DNA from: an uncultured Candidatus Saccharibacteria bacterium
GTDB lineage: Bacteria > Patescibacteriota > Minisyncoccia > Phycocordibacterales > UBA918
Assembly (NCBI GenBank): GCA_964601615.1
Contig: CAZRNZ010000001.1
Span: forward strand, 251,968-310,289
DNA length: 58,322 nucleotides
Direction: 5' to 3'
This document shows, piece by piece, positions 9,189 through 18,975 of this stretch (positions within the stretch are counted from its first letter, which is position 1; each line of letters begins with the position of its first letter). Made by a program: the position numbers and the translations under genes. Under the pieces are notes generated by a model that saw nothing but the letters and a program-made list of their open reading frames with translations, was not told the origin of the DNA and did not search any database.

Positions 9189-11171
9189 ATGGAAAATAAA
9201 ACAACACAACCAAGAAGTCAGGGTGGGTTCAATCGCAGACCTAATAACAATAACAATCGACGTAATTTCCGTGGCCCAAGAACTGCTGGTTACACCGTTA
9301 GACGTGCCAAGGGGCGCGATGGCACAGCGACTTCCCCTGAAGCAAAACAAACGAATACTCACTCTTCTGGTGCAAAGAAAAGTGCTCGTCGTGGGTCAAA
9401 ATTCCCAAACAAGCGCCGCTCAACAAAAGCCCCAGCTCTACAACACAGAATTACAATTTCTGACGAAAAAACACCGAAGCTCCCAGAAATAACAGATGAA
9501 AATACAGTTCGTATTGTTCCTCTTGGTGGTTGTGAAGAAATTGGTCGAAACATGACTGTTGTGGAAACTAAAGACGATATTATTATTTTTGATATCGGTT
9601 TTCAGTTCGTGTCTGAAGCCGCTAATGCACCAGGAGTAAATTACATCCTGCCAAACACTCAATACGTTGAGGAAAGAAAGCATAAAATCCGAGCTTTAGT
9701 TGTGACTCATGGTCACCTTGATCACATCGGAGGTATTCCTTTTGTAATGGAGCGCATTGGAAATCCACCTATTTATACTCAATATCTAACATCATTGATG
9801 ATTAAAAAGCGTCAAGAAGAATTTCCTCATCTTGATCCTGTTGATATGCATGTTGTGAAAGAAGGTGATTCTTTCAAGGTTGGTAATATTGAAGTTAAGA
9901 CCTTCCCTGTAACTCACTCAATTCCTGACGCCATGGGAGTTTCTGTGGTAACAAAGCACGGAAATATTGTGCTGACAGGTGACATTCGTCTAACTCATGA
10001 GGACGGCGATGTTGTAGCTGAAGAAAAGCGCGACTGGGAAAAGGTTGGACAAGACAATAACCTTGTTCTTATCTGTGACTCAACCAATGCTGACCGTGAT
10101 GGTTTTTCCGCTCCTGAAGGTGCTGTACTTGATACTTTGGATAGAATCATCAAGGACGCTTCTGGCCGTTTAATTGTTGGTACTTTTGCTTCTCAGTTTG
10201 AGCGCCTAACTTCTATCATCAAATCTTGTGAAAAATACGGCAAGAAAGTTGTACTTGAAGGAAGAAGTATTAAAACAAACATTGATATTGCTCGTACTGC
10301 AAAATTAATTGAGATTGATGACAAGATTTTCATCAATGCTAAAGATATGGGCGATTACCCTTCTGACAGAATTGTGATTCTTTCAACAGGTGCTCAGGGT
10401 GAACAATTTGCTGCTCTTATGCGCATGGCGACAGACAAGCATAAAGATATTATTTTGACTGAGCGCGATACAATCGTACTTTCATCATCAGTTATTCCAG
10501 GAAATGAAATTGCTGTTCAATTACTGAAGGATAATATCTATCGTAAAAATGTTCGTGTAGTTAACTACCGTAGTGCCAGTGTTCACTCTTCTGGACACGG
10601 AAACGCTGGTGAGTTGATCTGGGTTCAACAAGCTGTTAAGCCTAAGTTCTTGATCCCTGTACACGGACATCACTATCATCTCAAGAGCCATATGTATGCT
10701 GCAATTGAAAATGGTTTCAATCGTGACAACATTATTGTGCCAGATAATGGTTCTTTGATTGATATCAAGAACGGAAGTGAACTTACTGTTCATAAAGTAA
10801 AAGCCCCAACTGAACTTGTAATGGTTGATGGATTTACTGTTGGAACAAAACAGGAGGTTGTACTTCGTGACCGCCTTACACTTTCTGAAGATGGTATGTT
10901 CGTGATTATTGCGACAGTAAATACTAAAACTGGAAAACTTCGTAAGTCACCAGATATTATCTCTCGTGGTTTTGTTTACCTGCGCGAAAATCAGCAATTA
11001 CTTTCTGAAGCCAGAAATCTGATTAAGCGAACTGTTGAGAAAGAAACTGAGAGAATGCAACCAATTGACCTTGATTATGTAAAAGAAGAACTTACAAAAA
11101 CTGTAAGCGGATTCTTAATGCAAAAGACCAACAAGACTCCAATGGTAATTCCAGTATTGATTGGAATTTAA
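9189..11171 (+). CDS. rnj: Ribonuclease J with an N-terminal basic low-complexity extension
   Basis: It has the metallo-beta-lactamase motif VTHGHLDHIGG, a beta-CASP region and the RNase J C-terminal domain. The first 100 aa or so are Arg/Asn/Lys-rich and appear disordered. Confidence 0.92.
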   Translation: MENKTTQPRSQGGFNRRPNNNNNRRNFRGPRTAGYTVRRAKGRDGTATSPEAKQTNTHSSGAKKSARRGSKFPNKRRSTKAPALQHRITISDEKTPKLPEITDENTVRIVPLGGCEEIGRNMTVVETKDDIIIFDIGFQFVSEAANAPGVNYILPNTQYVEERKHKIRALVVTHGHLDHIGGIPFVMERIGNPPIYTQYLTSLMIKKRQEEFPHLDPVDMHVVKEGDSFKVGNIEVKTFPVTHSIPDAMGVSVVTKHGNIVLTGDIRLTHEDGDVVAEEKRDWEKVGQDNNLVLICDSTNADRDGFSAPEGAVLDTLDRIIKDASGRLIVGTFASQFERLTSIIKSCEKYGKKVVLEGRSIKTNIDIARTAKLIEIDDKIFINAKDMGDYPSDRIVILSTGAQGEQFAALMRMATDKHKDIILTERDTIVLSSSVIPGNEIAVQLLKDNIYRKNVRVVNYRSASVHSSGHGNAGELIWVQQAVKPKFLIPVHGHHYHLKSHMYAAIENGFNRDNIIVPDNGSLIDIKNGSELTVHKVKAPTELVMVDGFTVGTKQEVVLRDRLTLSEDGMFVIIATVNTKTGKLRKSPDIISRGFVYLRENQQLLSEARNLIKRTVEKETERMQPIDLDYVKEELTKTVSGFLMQKTNKTPMVIPVLIGI

Positions 11172-11182
11172 TTAAAGAAATA

Positions 11183-11216
11183 CAAAAAGGGCGCGCCTAC
11201 GGCGCGCCCTTTTTGT
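11183..11216. terminator. Bidirectional intrinsic terminator between rnj (+) and the half-MFS gene (-)
   Basis: The sequence is caaaaa-gggcgcgcc-tac-ggcgcgccc-tttttg. Confidence 0.85.
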
Positions 11217-11227
11217 ATTTTAATCTC

Positions 11228-11863
11228 CTACTTTCCTTCCTTAAAATAACCTCTAATCAAAAACGGCAAAATACTACCGAACATCATCAGAAATCCACCC
11301 ACCATCAATACAGTGTCATATCCATAAACCTCTCCTGTGAAGCCTCCTATAGCCAAAAATAAGCCGATTCCGAGAGAAAACAACATCTGATAAACACCAA
11401 GAGTCTGCCCAATTTGTCCTTGTCCAATATGGCTGTAAAAAAGAATTCGCCAAGAAGACAGGTTGATAGCAGAAAACAGACCAAGGAATAACATGGCTAG
11501 ATATAATTGCCAAATCTCGGTAGAAAAACTAATTAATATATAAATTACTCCAGCTGAAAAACACGCCAAAGAGAGTCCAGTAACTTCATCAATATAACCT
11601 TTATGTTTATCAAAAAATCTTCCAATAGGAACAGACGTAAGTGCATTAACTACACGATGAATCATCAAAGCAATTCCAACATTTAAAATTGTGGCGTCAT
11701 TAATAAAAGAAACCACAAAAAGAGCCATCGCTACCGAAATAAAAGAATCAGAACCCCAAAAAATAATATCGTTAGCGGTCAAAGTTCTAATAATATTTGA
11801 GCGCTTTGATCCACCACCGATCATTGCTCCTCCTGCATTAAATTCATTTTTATCTATTTCCAT
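11228..11863 (-). CDS. Six-TM membrane protein resembling the N-terminal half of an MFS transporter
   Basis: It has six predicted TM helices. The loop PIGRFFDKHKGY resembles MFS motif A (GxxxDRxGRR). The length of 211 aa is about half a normal MFS protein. Confidence 0.5.
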   Translation of the reverse strand: MEIDKNEFNAGGAMIGGGSKRSNIIRTLTANDIIFWGSDSFISVAMALFVVSFINDATILNVGIALMIHRVVNALTSVPIGRFFDKHKGYIDEVTGLSLACFSAGVIYILISFSTEIWQLYLAMLFLGLFSAINLSSWRILFYSHIGQGQIGQTLGVYQMLFSLGIGLFLAIGGFTGEVYGYDTVLMVGGFLMMFGSILPFLIRGYFKEGK

Positions 11864-11866
11864 AAA

Positions 11867-12559
11867 TTACAATTCGTAGATTACATCTTTTCTTTCTACC
11901 ACGATATCCCAACCCCTTCTTTTTGCATGCTCAAACAAAGCTTGGTTTGGATTAAAACAAATTGGCCGTTCTACCATTTCAAGCAGCGGAATATCTCCCT
12001 CTGTATCACCAACTCCAACAGAACCCTCTAGAGTCAGGCCTTCCCTTTCTACGACCCGGGAAATTATATTTGCCTTATTAGAAATTAAATGCTCATCAGT
12101 TACTTCACCAGTAAACTTGTCACTTGGACCAATTTCATAGATTCTGCCGTAAACTTTATCGAATCCATATTGTTTACAAAACTCATCCAAAATTGTTTTT
12201 GGTGATTGAGAAATTGCTACAAGATAATATCCATCAGCTTTAAGTTCATCTATCAAATCCCTGGTATAACGATAGACTCTCTTACTTCTCTCGGCAACAA
12301 CCTCCCTACCAATGTCTGCAAAATCACCATAAAAAACTCCTTTTAAATTCTTGATAAAAGTAGTAATTACTGCATTTATATAATCTTCATAATCACCCTC
12401 TCGGTCTTGCCAACGCATTTTAAGCATATCAAAATCGTCTCGAGCTTGCGCTGGAAAAATTTCTCTATCCAGCATCCTGTCCACTAGTTCAATCAATAAA
12501 CTAGAACGAAACAAGGTTCCATCGATATCGAAAAAGGCAACTGGTTTCTTCATTACCAA
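11867..12559 (-). CDS. HAD-superfamily (subfamily IB, SerB-like) hydrolase
   Basis: It has motif I (FFDIDGTLF), a cap domain and motif IV (VGDTEGDIPLL). Confidence 0.8.
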   Translation of the reverse strand: MVMKKPVAFFDIDGTLFRSSLLIELVDRMLDREIFPAQARDDFDMLKMRWQDREGDYEDYINAVITTFIKNLKGVFYGDFADIGREVVAERSKRVYRYTRDLIDELKADGYYLVAISQSPKTILDEFCKQYGFDKVYGRIYEIGPSDKFTGEVTDEHLISNKANIISRVVEREGLTLEGSVGVGDTEGDIPLLEMVERPICFNPNQALFEHAKRRGWDIVVERKDVIYEL

Positions 12560-12596
12560 TATTGTACCAAACGAAATCTTTTAAGCTAAATAAGAT

Positions 12597-13712
12597 TTAC
12601 TTAGTACGAGCAAGTTTGTAGACTGAATAGATAATTGCACCAAATACAAGTAGAAATACAACCATTAGAAGTAAACCTCCAATAAATGGAACAAGTGCCA
12701 ACAAGAATACTATAGCCATTCCAAGCACAGCAGACCAGATATCTACCTTATAAGTTTTTTTGTAAATTCCCATAACGTATCCACCCAAAAGAAGCGGTAC
12801 AAAAACCAGTGTAATAAGCATTGCGAGTAGGAACGTCAGGAGAGCGGCGACACCAATCCATGCTCCAAGGGTAGTAGCAATCAACATTACTGAAATTGCT
12901 GGCAAAACAATAAAAGCAATCAAACCAACTGCACCTGTTCTGGAAGGATTGTTTTTAATATCGAGTAGCAATTTGTCGAGTAGTCCGCGGAACAAAAGCA
13001 AGACACAGAAAGAGGCAAAGAACCAAGATAACAAAAATAACATCGGCATACTTGAAGAATTTTCAGTAGAAAGTCCTCCTACTTTTGTAACACTACCTTC
13101 AATCACAGCTCCAACAGCTCTTTCAGGATCAGAATTACTCTTATAAAGTAAGTCTCCTTTTACTACAGCAGTATCACCGAGGGTGATTTTTCGAGCAGAA
13201 ATTTCAGAAGAGCCAATCTCTCCATTGATAACAAAAGTATCAGCACTTCCTATCAAGGCACCGTCAACTTTTCCAAAGACCTCAGCTTCACCACCATAAA
13301 AGTAAATATTTCCCTTTACACTAGCAGAAGAAAGTAACTTTAAATGACCAGCAATAACAAATAAATCACCACCAATTTCATCTGCCACAACAACATCACC
13401 ACCAATAAATCTTGCATCATCACCAACCTTTGCATGAGTTTGGATATTTCCACCAAATACAGTTAAGTCTGTTCCAATTGGACCATTAATTGTTACAGAG
13501 CCAGCAACTGCATACATATCCTCCTTTACTTCTCCAGAAAGAGAAATATTTCCAGCAGCAGCATAGAGATTGTTTTCAACGGTCTGATTAACTCCAATCG
13601 TGACAGAATTTCCTGTTCGCACAACAGTCTCAGCACTTGCTACAACTGGAGAAAACATGACAAACAAAGCTAGAATTGCTGTGCTTATTTTTTTTATTTT
13701 ATTAGTTAACAT
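12597..13712 (-). CDS. Exported bactofilin-like (polymer-forming beta-helix) domain fused to a polytopic membrane domain
   Basis: It has a signal peptide (ALFVMFSPVVASA). About 200 aa follow of short beta-helix repeats (G.V..D.Y..AG...I.G.I), then 5 or more TM helices. Confidence 0.6.
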   Translation of the reverse strand: MLTNKIKKISTAILALFVMFSPVVASAETVVRTGNSVTIGVNQTVENNLYAAAGNISLSGEVKEDMYAVAGSVTINGPIGTDLTVFGGNIQTHAKVGDDARFIGGDVVVADEIGGDLFVIAGHLKLLSSASVKGNIYFYGGEAEVFGKVDGALIGSADTFVINGEIGSSEISARKITLGDTAVVKGDLLYKSNSDPERAVGAVIEGSVTKVGGLSTENSSSMPMLFLLSWFFASFCVLLLFRGLLDKLLLDIKNNPSRTGAVGLIAFIVLPAISVMLIATTLGAWIGVAALLTFLLAMLITLVFVPLLLGGYVMGIYKKTYKVDIWSAVLGMAIVFLLALVPFIGGLLLMVVFLLVFGAIIYSVYKLARTK

Positions 13713-13727
13713 AAGTCTTATTTATTA

Positions 13728-14720
13728 TTAAAATAACTCTTTTCCTCTTTCCCAAATCTCATTATGTCCATGCTTTGTAAGCCAGTACCACCATTCGGCA
13801 CCCCATAGATACTGCCTATCGTAACGGGTTTTTGCTGCATAATCAATTATTTCATTTATCTTTTCTAAGTCCATTCTAGAGTACTGAGTTTCTAAATCAG
13901 TATCAGCAATAGGCTCAAGTAGCCACGGTTCTGCTGAAAGTTCGATTAAATAAGTAGGTTTTTCACCCAAGAATAACTTTACTAGATTCTCTTTTACGAT
14001 ATACCACCATGACGGAAGAATACTCTTTAATTGGCCAAAATCAGGATTCCAGAAATATACATAAACACTTGTACCAAAAGCATCACCATTTTTGTAAGGA
14101 CCAATCCAATTACCAAGATTCCCACTATCAGTCACCATTACTGGTCTAGTTGAATCAATACTTTTAACTAAAGCTATTTCTTCTTTAAGAAAATCTTCAT
14201 CCAAGTCACCACAATGTTCATTGGCAAATAGATTTAAATAGGGTTCGTTTTCAACCTGCCAATAAATAATCGAGGTTCTATCTTGGTAACGACCGATAAC
14301 TTCTTTAATTAATTCTCTAATTTCATTTTTTTGTTCTTCCCAACTTAAATCACTAGCCCACTCAGGAATATGACACTCTGGCCAACGCGGCAAACGGCGG
14401 CCAACAGCAAAAATTACATCAGCACCAACTTCTTCAGCTTTATCAAGTTGGTAATCAAGTTCAGCAAAATTGTAAGTATTTTTTTCAGGTTCAACCATTG
14501 GCCAATGAGCAGCCAAACGCAAATGTCTTACTCCAAGGTCGTACAAAATTGCATCATAAGTTTCTTTCCAGTCCAAACCTAATTCTTCAGCATAAAAAGT
14601 ATTAAATGACATGCCATAAGTTATTCTGCTCGGTTCTGACTTTCTAGAAAGAAAAAATAAAAACAACGAAACTGATACAACAAAAATTAGAAAAAATATT
14701 ATCCAGTGCTTTAATTTCAT
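13728..14720 (-). CDS. Clan GH-A TIM-barrel glycoside hydrolase (GH5/GH42-like), membrane-anchored
   Basis: It has an N-terminal TM segment and the catalytic acid/base motif WQVENEPY. I chose the start at 14720 (MKLKHW), where ATGA overlaps the stop of the upstream DMT gene. Confidence 0.65.
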   Translation of the reverse strand: MKLKHWIIFFLIFVVSVSLFLFFLSRKSEPSRITYGMSFNTFYAEELGLDWKETYDAILYDLGVRHLRLAAHWPMVEPEKNTYNFAELDYQLDKAEEVGADVIFAVGRRLPRWPECHIPEWASDLSWEEQKNEIRELIKEVIGRYQDRTSIIYWQVENEPYLNLFANEHCGDLDEDFLKEEIALVKSIDSTRPVMVTDSGNLGNWIGPYKNGDAFGTSVYVYFWNPDFGQLKSILPSWWYIVKENLVKLFLGEKPTYLIELSAEPWLLEPIADTDLETQYSRMDLEKINEIIDYAAKTRYDRQYLWGAEWWYWLTKHGHNEIWERGKELF

Positions 14721-15649
14721 ATAAACAAAATAGCAAATCCTATACAAATGATAGTAACATACATAAATTTACGTATAACTGTCTTTTTATCGTTATTTTT
14801 TTCTCTAACAGAATTAGGTAGGAATCCACTCAAGAAAACTGTTATTAATAAAATGAAGACAAACTTAAGACCATCAAGTGCCTGAACTACTGCAACATCT
14901 CCTAAATCTGTAGCTTTAAGAATCATGAAAGCTGATACTCCTGCTAAAATCTTACTTCCCAACACCAAGAAACTCGTCTTTTGACTGATATTTTTTGAGT
15001 TTCCAAAAATAAGCTTTTTAAACTTAGGAAAAAATAATAATGAAAGCGCTGTCAAAATAAGGGCTATTCGAGACCAGAAAAAACCGTCATCAAAATTAGT
15101 TGTATCAAACAGTATCTTCATCGCGATATAATGAAGTCCAAAAAAGACACCACTGCAAATTACGATTGGAATTAATTTTGCTGAAAACCCCATTCGAGAA
15201 ACTAGGAGAGTACCCAGTGCCAACAAACAAATACCTACCACATAATGAAGTGGATATAAGTTACCCAAAACTAACCAAGAAATTCCAAAAGTAGAAATTG
15301 CTGAAACAGCACCTACTACTGGCATTACATTTGAAGTATCTGCTTTCTTTAATCCCTGATAAAGAGTAACTATTGCAATAAAAAATGTATAAGCTGATAG
15401 TAGTGAAATAATAATAACTTCCAATGTAGGGAAAATAACATTAGAAAACTGAGGAATACCGAACCTATCTAATCCTGGAACGAAGCTAAGCAAATAGACC
15501 AATAACCAAGCTGCTGTTATCAAACAAGTATAAAAAGCGTAAACAAAAGGCTTTGGTAGGGCTTTACTGTCTGTAACTAGATATTTATCAACAATTGCAA
15601 CGATTGCATTCAAAAACTGGGCAATAGCTGTAAGAAGAATCCATGACAT
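14717..15649 (-). CDS. EamA/DMT-superfamily transporter
   Basis: It has about ten TM helices arranged as two similar halves, the typical drug/metabolite transporter topology. Confidence 0.65.
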   Translation of the reverse strand: MSWILLTAIAQFLNAIVAIVDKYLVTDSKALPKPFVYAFYTCLITAAWLLVYLLSFVPGLDRFGIPQFSNVIFPTLEVIIISLLSAYTFFIAIVTLYQGLKKADTSNVMPVVGAVSAISTFGISWLVLGNLYPLHYVVGICLLALGTLLVSRMGFSAKLIPIVICSGVFFGLHYIAMKILFDTTNFDDGFFWSRIALILTALSLLFFPKFKKLIFGNSKNISQKTSFLVLGSKILAGVSAFMILKATDLGDVAVVQALDGLKFVFILLITVFLSGFLPNSVREKNNDKKTVIRKFMYVTIICIGFAILFI

Positions 15650-15670
15650 AGGTTTGAATTATTGTTCTTA

Positions 15671-15699
15671 TATAGAGGCGAGCAAAGCTCGCCTCTATA
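15671..15699 (-). terminator. 13-bp perfect hairpin between the GH1 and DMT genes (no clear U-tract; terminator, attenuator or processing site)
   Basis: The sequence is tatagaggcgagc-aaa-gctcgcctctata. On the minus strand the following sequence is taagaacaat, so it is not a canonical terminator. Confidence 0.35.
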
Positions 15700-15713
15700 T
15701 TAATTTCTAACAA

Positions 15714-16964
15714 CTATTCTACTACACCATTATTCTCAATAATCTTTTTATACACGTAGGCTGAAGGGCGTATTTTTCTTTCTAGAGTTTTGTAATCAAT
15801 TTCAATCAAACCAAATCGCTTTTCAAAACCTAGTGCCCACTCATAGTTGTCAAGAAGTGACCAATAGATATGACTCCTCACATCAACACCATCTTGTATC
15901 GCTTGATATGTCCCCTCAACTTGTCTTGTAATATATTCCGCCCTTCCATTATCCAAAGCATCAGCTACACCAGCCTCAGATACATAAACTGGCTTATTGT
16001 AGCGTTTCAACATCATTAATGCGTCATAAATGCGTTCTGGTGCAAAATTCCAATCCATATCTGTTTTACGCCAAGTACGCTTATCGCCATACTGGGTATA
16101 AAAATAATAATTCAAGCCAATGGAGTCAAAATGGCCTTTTGTGCGACGCATGAATCTATGGCTCCAAAGTTGATTAGAAATAAGTGCCTTAATTTTATTG
16201 AAGGGATTCCAATTAGAATCAAAAACAATTACATGATGTACAAAGTTTACATTTGAATCAGGGCAAACTTCTTTAATTTTTTTGTAAGCAGCGTTATGAG
16301 AAAGTGCTAAAGTTTTCATCACCTTAAAATATGAACGCAAGTTTCTGAATTCTTTTTGAGCTTTATCTTCAAAAGAACTACCTGAGTTTGTAATTGAAAC
16401 CAAATCAGTCAATGCAAAACGCTTAAATGGCGGCCAGCTACCACGAAGCCAACCATTACTACCATAAACACTCGGTTCATTAATGGTAGAAAAATTAGTG
16501 CATAAATCTCCTAACTTCTCCGCTACATAACCACAGTATCGAGCAAAAACTTCTGGAGCATCTTTTCTCTCAAAACCACCAGTTTCAGAAAACCAGAGTG
16601 GCAAAGTAAAATGCCATATTGTAATAAAAGGTTCGAGGCCGCGGGCGCGGAGCGCCCGCAACACCTCACGGTAGTGCTCTATCTCGACTTCATTAAATTT
16701 TCCTTCTTCAGGCTCAATTCTTGCCCACTCAACTGAAAAACGATGTGCATTATGTCCAAGCTCTTTTGCTAAATCAAAATCTGATTCAAAACGATTATAA
16801 TGATCACAAGCAATTCCGCATTCTGGGACCCTTCCATCACGAGCTGCATTTGCCCAATCAGTATTTTCAATTCCTCCTTCTACTTGATAACTGGCTGTTG
16901 CGGCACCCCACAGAAAACCTTTCGGAAATTTCATCTCTTTTTGCATTAGTGAATTATAACCCAT
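15714..16964 (-). CDS. GH1 beta-glucosidase
   Basis: FPKGFLWGAATASYQVEGG, TINEP (acid/base) and YVSEAG (nucleophile region, ITENG-type) are present, plus DNYEW. The start may be the internal MKF (16934). Confidence 0.9.
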   Translation of the reverse strand: MGYNSLMQKEMKFPKGFLWGAATASYQVEGGIENTDWANAARDGRVPECGIACDHYNRFESDFDLAKELGHNAHRFSVEWARIEPEEGKFNEVEIEHYREVLRALRARGLEPFITIWHFTLPLWFSETGGFERKDAPEVFARYCGYVAEKLGDLCTNFSTINEPSVYGSNGWLRGSWPPFKRFALTDLVSITNSGSSFEDKAQKEFRNLRSYFKVMKTLALSHNAAYKKIKEVCPDSNVNFVHHVIVFDSNWNPFNKIKALISNQLWSHRFMRRTKGHFDSIGLNYYFYTQYGDKRTWRKTDMDWNFAPERIYDALMMLKRYNKPVYVSEAGVADALDNGRAEYITRQVEGTYQAIQDGVDVRSHIYWSLLDNYEWALGFEKRFGLIEIDYKTLERKIRPSAYVYKKIIENNGVVE

Positions 16965-16967
16965 ATT

Positions 16968-16998
16968 AAAAAGTACGGACGATGCCCGTACTTTTTTT
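16968..16998 (-). terminator. Intrinsic terminator after the YHYH-like gene (end of the dsbA/Mur-ligase/ATP-grasp unit)
   Basis: On the minus strand the sequence reads aaaaaaa-gtacgg-gcatcgt-ccgtac-ttttt. Confidence 0.7.
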
Positions 16999-17012
16999 AA
17001 ATTTCTTAAACA

Positions 17013-17582
17013 CTAATTAACCCCAAAACAACCAGAGAAAGAAGGATAATCAGATTTCAGATAATACTTATATCCCATTCCTTCATCAATTCCTCCACAA
17101 TTATTTAAGGATGAAGAATCAAATCTTGCTCCAAAAATCGGATATCCATCTAATGCAGTTCCAATTTGTTCAAACATGCTAAAACCAGCAAATCGCCAGA
17201 GTTCATCACTATATAAAGAGTATCCATCTGTCGTCTTTCCAATCAAAATACGCGAGAGTTCAGTTTGATCAGTAATAGAGACATTGTCGGTAATAATGTC
17301 ATCAACAGAAGTAAATACAGGAGCTCCAGCAGAAATATCACCACGTCCATCTGCTATTTTCGCTTTCAGCCTAGCAATATTTTCATTTCGAGGAATCTCT
17401 TTCTCTGATTCAGAAATAGCACCTTCTATTTCTTTAATAGAACCAGAACTAAAATCAATAGAACCGACCGAGGCAATCTGTGACGTACTTGAAAAGGTTT
17501 GACTAAGTAAAGTAACTCCAATACCTGAAGTTATAAAACAAAAAGCAATTGCAAAAACAATAAAATCCCTAGTTCTAATCAT
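17013..17582 (-). CDS. Secreted or anchored protein with a YHYH-like C-terminal domain
   Basis: It has an N-terminal TM segment. The C-terminus DGYPIFG....CGG.....YKYYLKSDYPSFSGCFG resembles the YHYH domain pattern (PIYG...C.GH...YHYH...C). It is the last gene before the 16973-16991 terminator. Confidence 0.4.
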   Translation of the reverse strand: MIRTRDFIVFAIAFCFITSGIGVTLLSQTFSSTSQIASVGSIDFSSGSIKEIEGAISESEKEIPRNENIARLKAKIADGRGDISAGAPVFTSVDDIITDNVSITDQTELSRILIGKTTDGYSLYSDELWRFAGFSMFEQIGTALDGYPIFGARFDSSSLNNCGGIDEGMGYKYYLKSDYPSFSGCFGVN

Positions 17583-17624
17583 TCTTAAATTATAACAGAC
17601 ACAAGAATTGTGTAAATTTATAGA

Positions 17625-18908
17625 CTAAATAATCTCTACACTTATCGTACTTTCAAATCTCTTTATGTCAGCCAATAAATCAGAGCGAGAATCGTTTACT
17701 AGATAAAGTACAAATATTGCACCGCCGCCATTTTTAGCGAAGACACTTTTATCTCCACGCTTTTTACGCATCTCAATACTATGAAAAGAATCAAGCTTTT
17801 CAATTTTTTTCAAACCTAAAATACTCTTAATCTCACCCTCTTCCTTAGCGTAATACTTAATAGCCGCAGCAAATCTTTTACAACGTCGAGGAACAATAGG
17901 CTGCTTGCCCATACGTACTAAAACATCATTCATTCCATGATTTATGCCACAAGAAAGTCTATGAAGCTTTGGTCTAAAACCACCAATGCGAGCACCGATT
18001 TCAATAATTTTCCAATCGTTGTCAACACGCATCAACTCTACGTGTACAGTTGTGTTACGTAGTCCGAGCGCATGAACACCCCGCTTCACAACATCCTGAG
18101 CCCTCTTTACAGTTATAGAAGAAAGGCTAGTTGGAGTACTCTGCAGATACCCAAAGAAATCATCACGACCAATATCATGACCTGTCTTTTGGCGCACAAG
18201 TGGACAACAAGTTACTTTTCCACGACCAGAAACGTAAGCGTCAATTGAGTATTGCAATCCTTCCATGTATTCCTCAGCAATAATACGAGGCTTTTCTGTT
18301 CGGCCATTCTCTTCGTAAATTTTATCAATATTTTTGAGAATATCCTTTACAGCCTTTCGTAGCTCATCTTTGTGATGACAAACACTTATCAAAAGACTTT
18401 GAGCCAAGTTTGTTGGCTTTACAATCATTGGTAAACCAACTTTTGCAATTACTCTATCGAGTTCAATATCTTCAGCATTTTTAACCAAAGTATATTTAGG
18501 AGAAATAGAAGAATCGGCCACCTTAAAGTGACGACGCATCAAACGTTTATCACTAGCCCATTTAAGAGAATCTGGAGTAGGAGTCTGCAAATAAGGTACA
18601 AAAGGAATAATACGAATCAAGTCAGCCAAATAAGATTCAGCACGACTAGTTATAGCGCAAAGCTCATCTTGGTAAGGTGCCAATGCTTCCTGTAACTTTG
18701 CATCATCACTAAAACTTACACACAAAACATGATCAACACCTTCAAGCTTTGCACCACTTTGCTTTTTAGTTAATGCCCTATCTGCATTATCAATAAGCAT
18801 TACTCTATATTTTTCTCCAGAACTTTTCTCGTAAGCTCTGATGTCAGCTATTGCCTCATTGGTAACTTTTGAGACATAAGCGATAATGTTTCTTTTTCTT
18901 TTTGGCAT
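17625..18908 (-). CDS. ATP-grasp ligase (L-amino-acid-ligase / carboxylate-amine ligase type)
   Basis: It has a pre-ATP-grasp region. LPMIVKPTNLAQS, IAEEYMEG and VELMRVDNDWKIIEIGARIGG are typical ATP-grasp B and C subdomain motifs. Confidence 0.8.
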   Translation of the reverse strand: MPKRKRNIIAYVSKVTNEAIADIRAYEKSSGEKYRVMLIDNADRALTKKQSGAKLEGVDHVLCVSFSDDAKLQEALAPYQDELCAITSRAESYLADLIRIIPFVPYLQTPTPDSLKWASDKRLMRRHFKVADSSISPKYTLVKNAEDIELDRVIAKVGLPMIVKPTNLAQSLLISVCHHKDELRKAVKDILKNIDKIYEENGRTEKPRIIAEEYMEGLQYSIDAYVSGRGKVTCCPLVRQKTGHDIGRDDFFGYLQSTPTSLSSITVKRAQDVVKRGVHALGLRNTTVHVELMRVDNDWKIIEIGARIGGFRPKLHRLSCGINHGMNDVLVRMGKQPIVPRRCKRFAAAIKYYAKEEGEIKSILGLKKIEKLDSFHSIEMRKKRGDKSVFAKNGGGAIFVLYLVNDSRSDLLADIKRFESTISVEII

Positions 18909-18975
18909 ATGATAAAGACGGCAAAAATGCTAACACGAAATAACTACTAATGAGCACTAGGACACAGAAACTACT

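Noticed and set aside
9223-9683. Overlapping ORFs at the 5' end of rnj (9223..9492 +, 9359..9553 -, 9438..9683 -) and inside the repeat protein gene (22919..23265).
   Set aside because: They are alternative-frame or antisense ORFs inside genes with strong family or repeat evidence, and they have no independent support.
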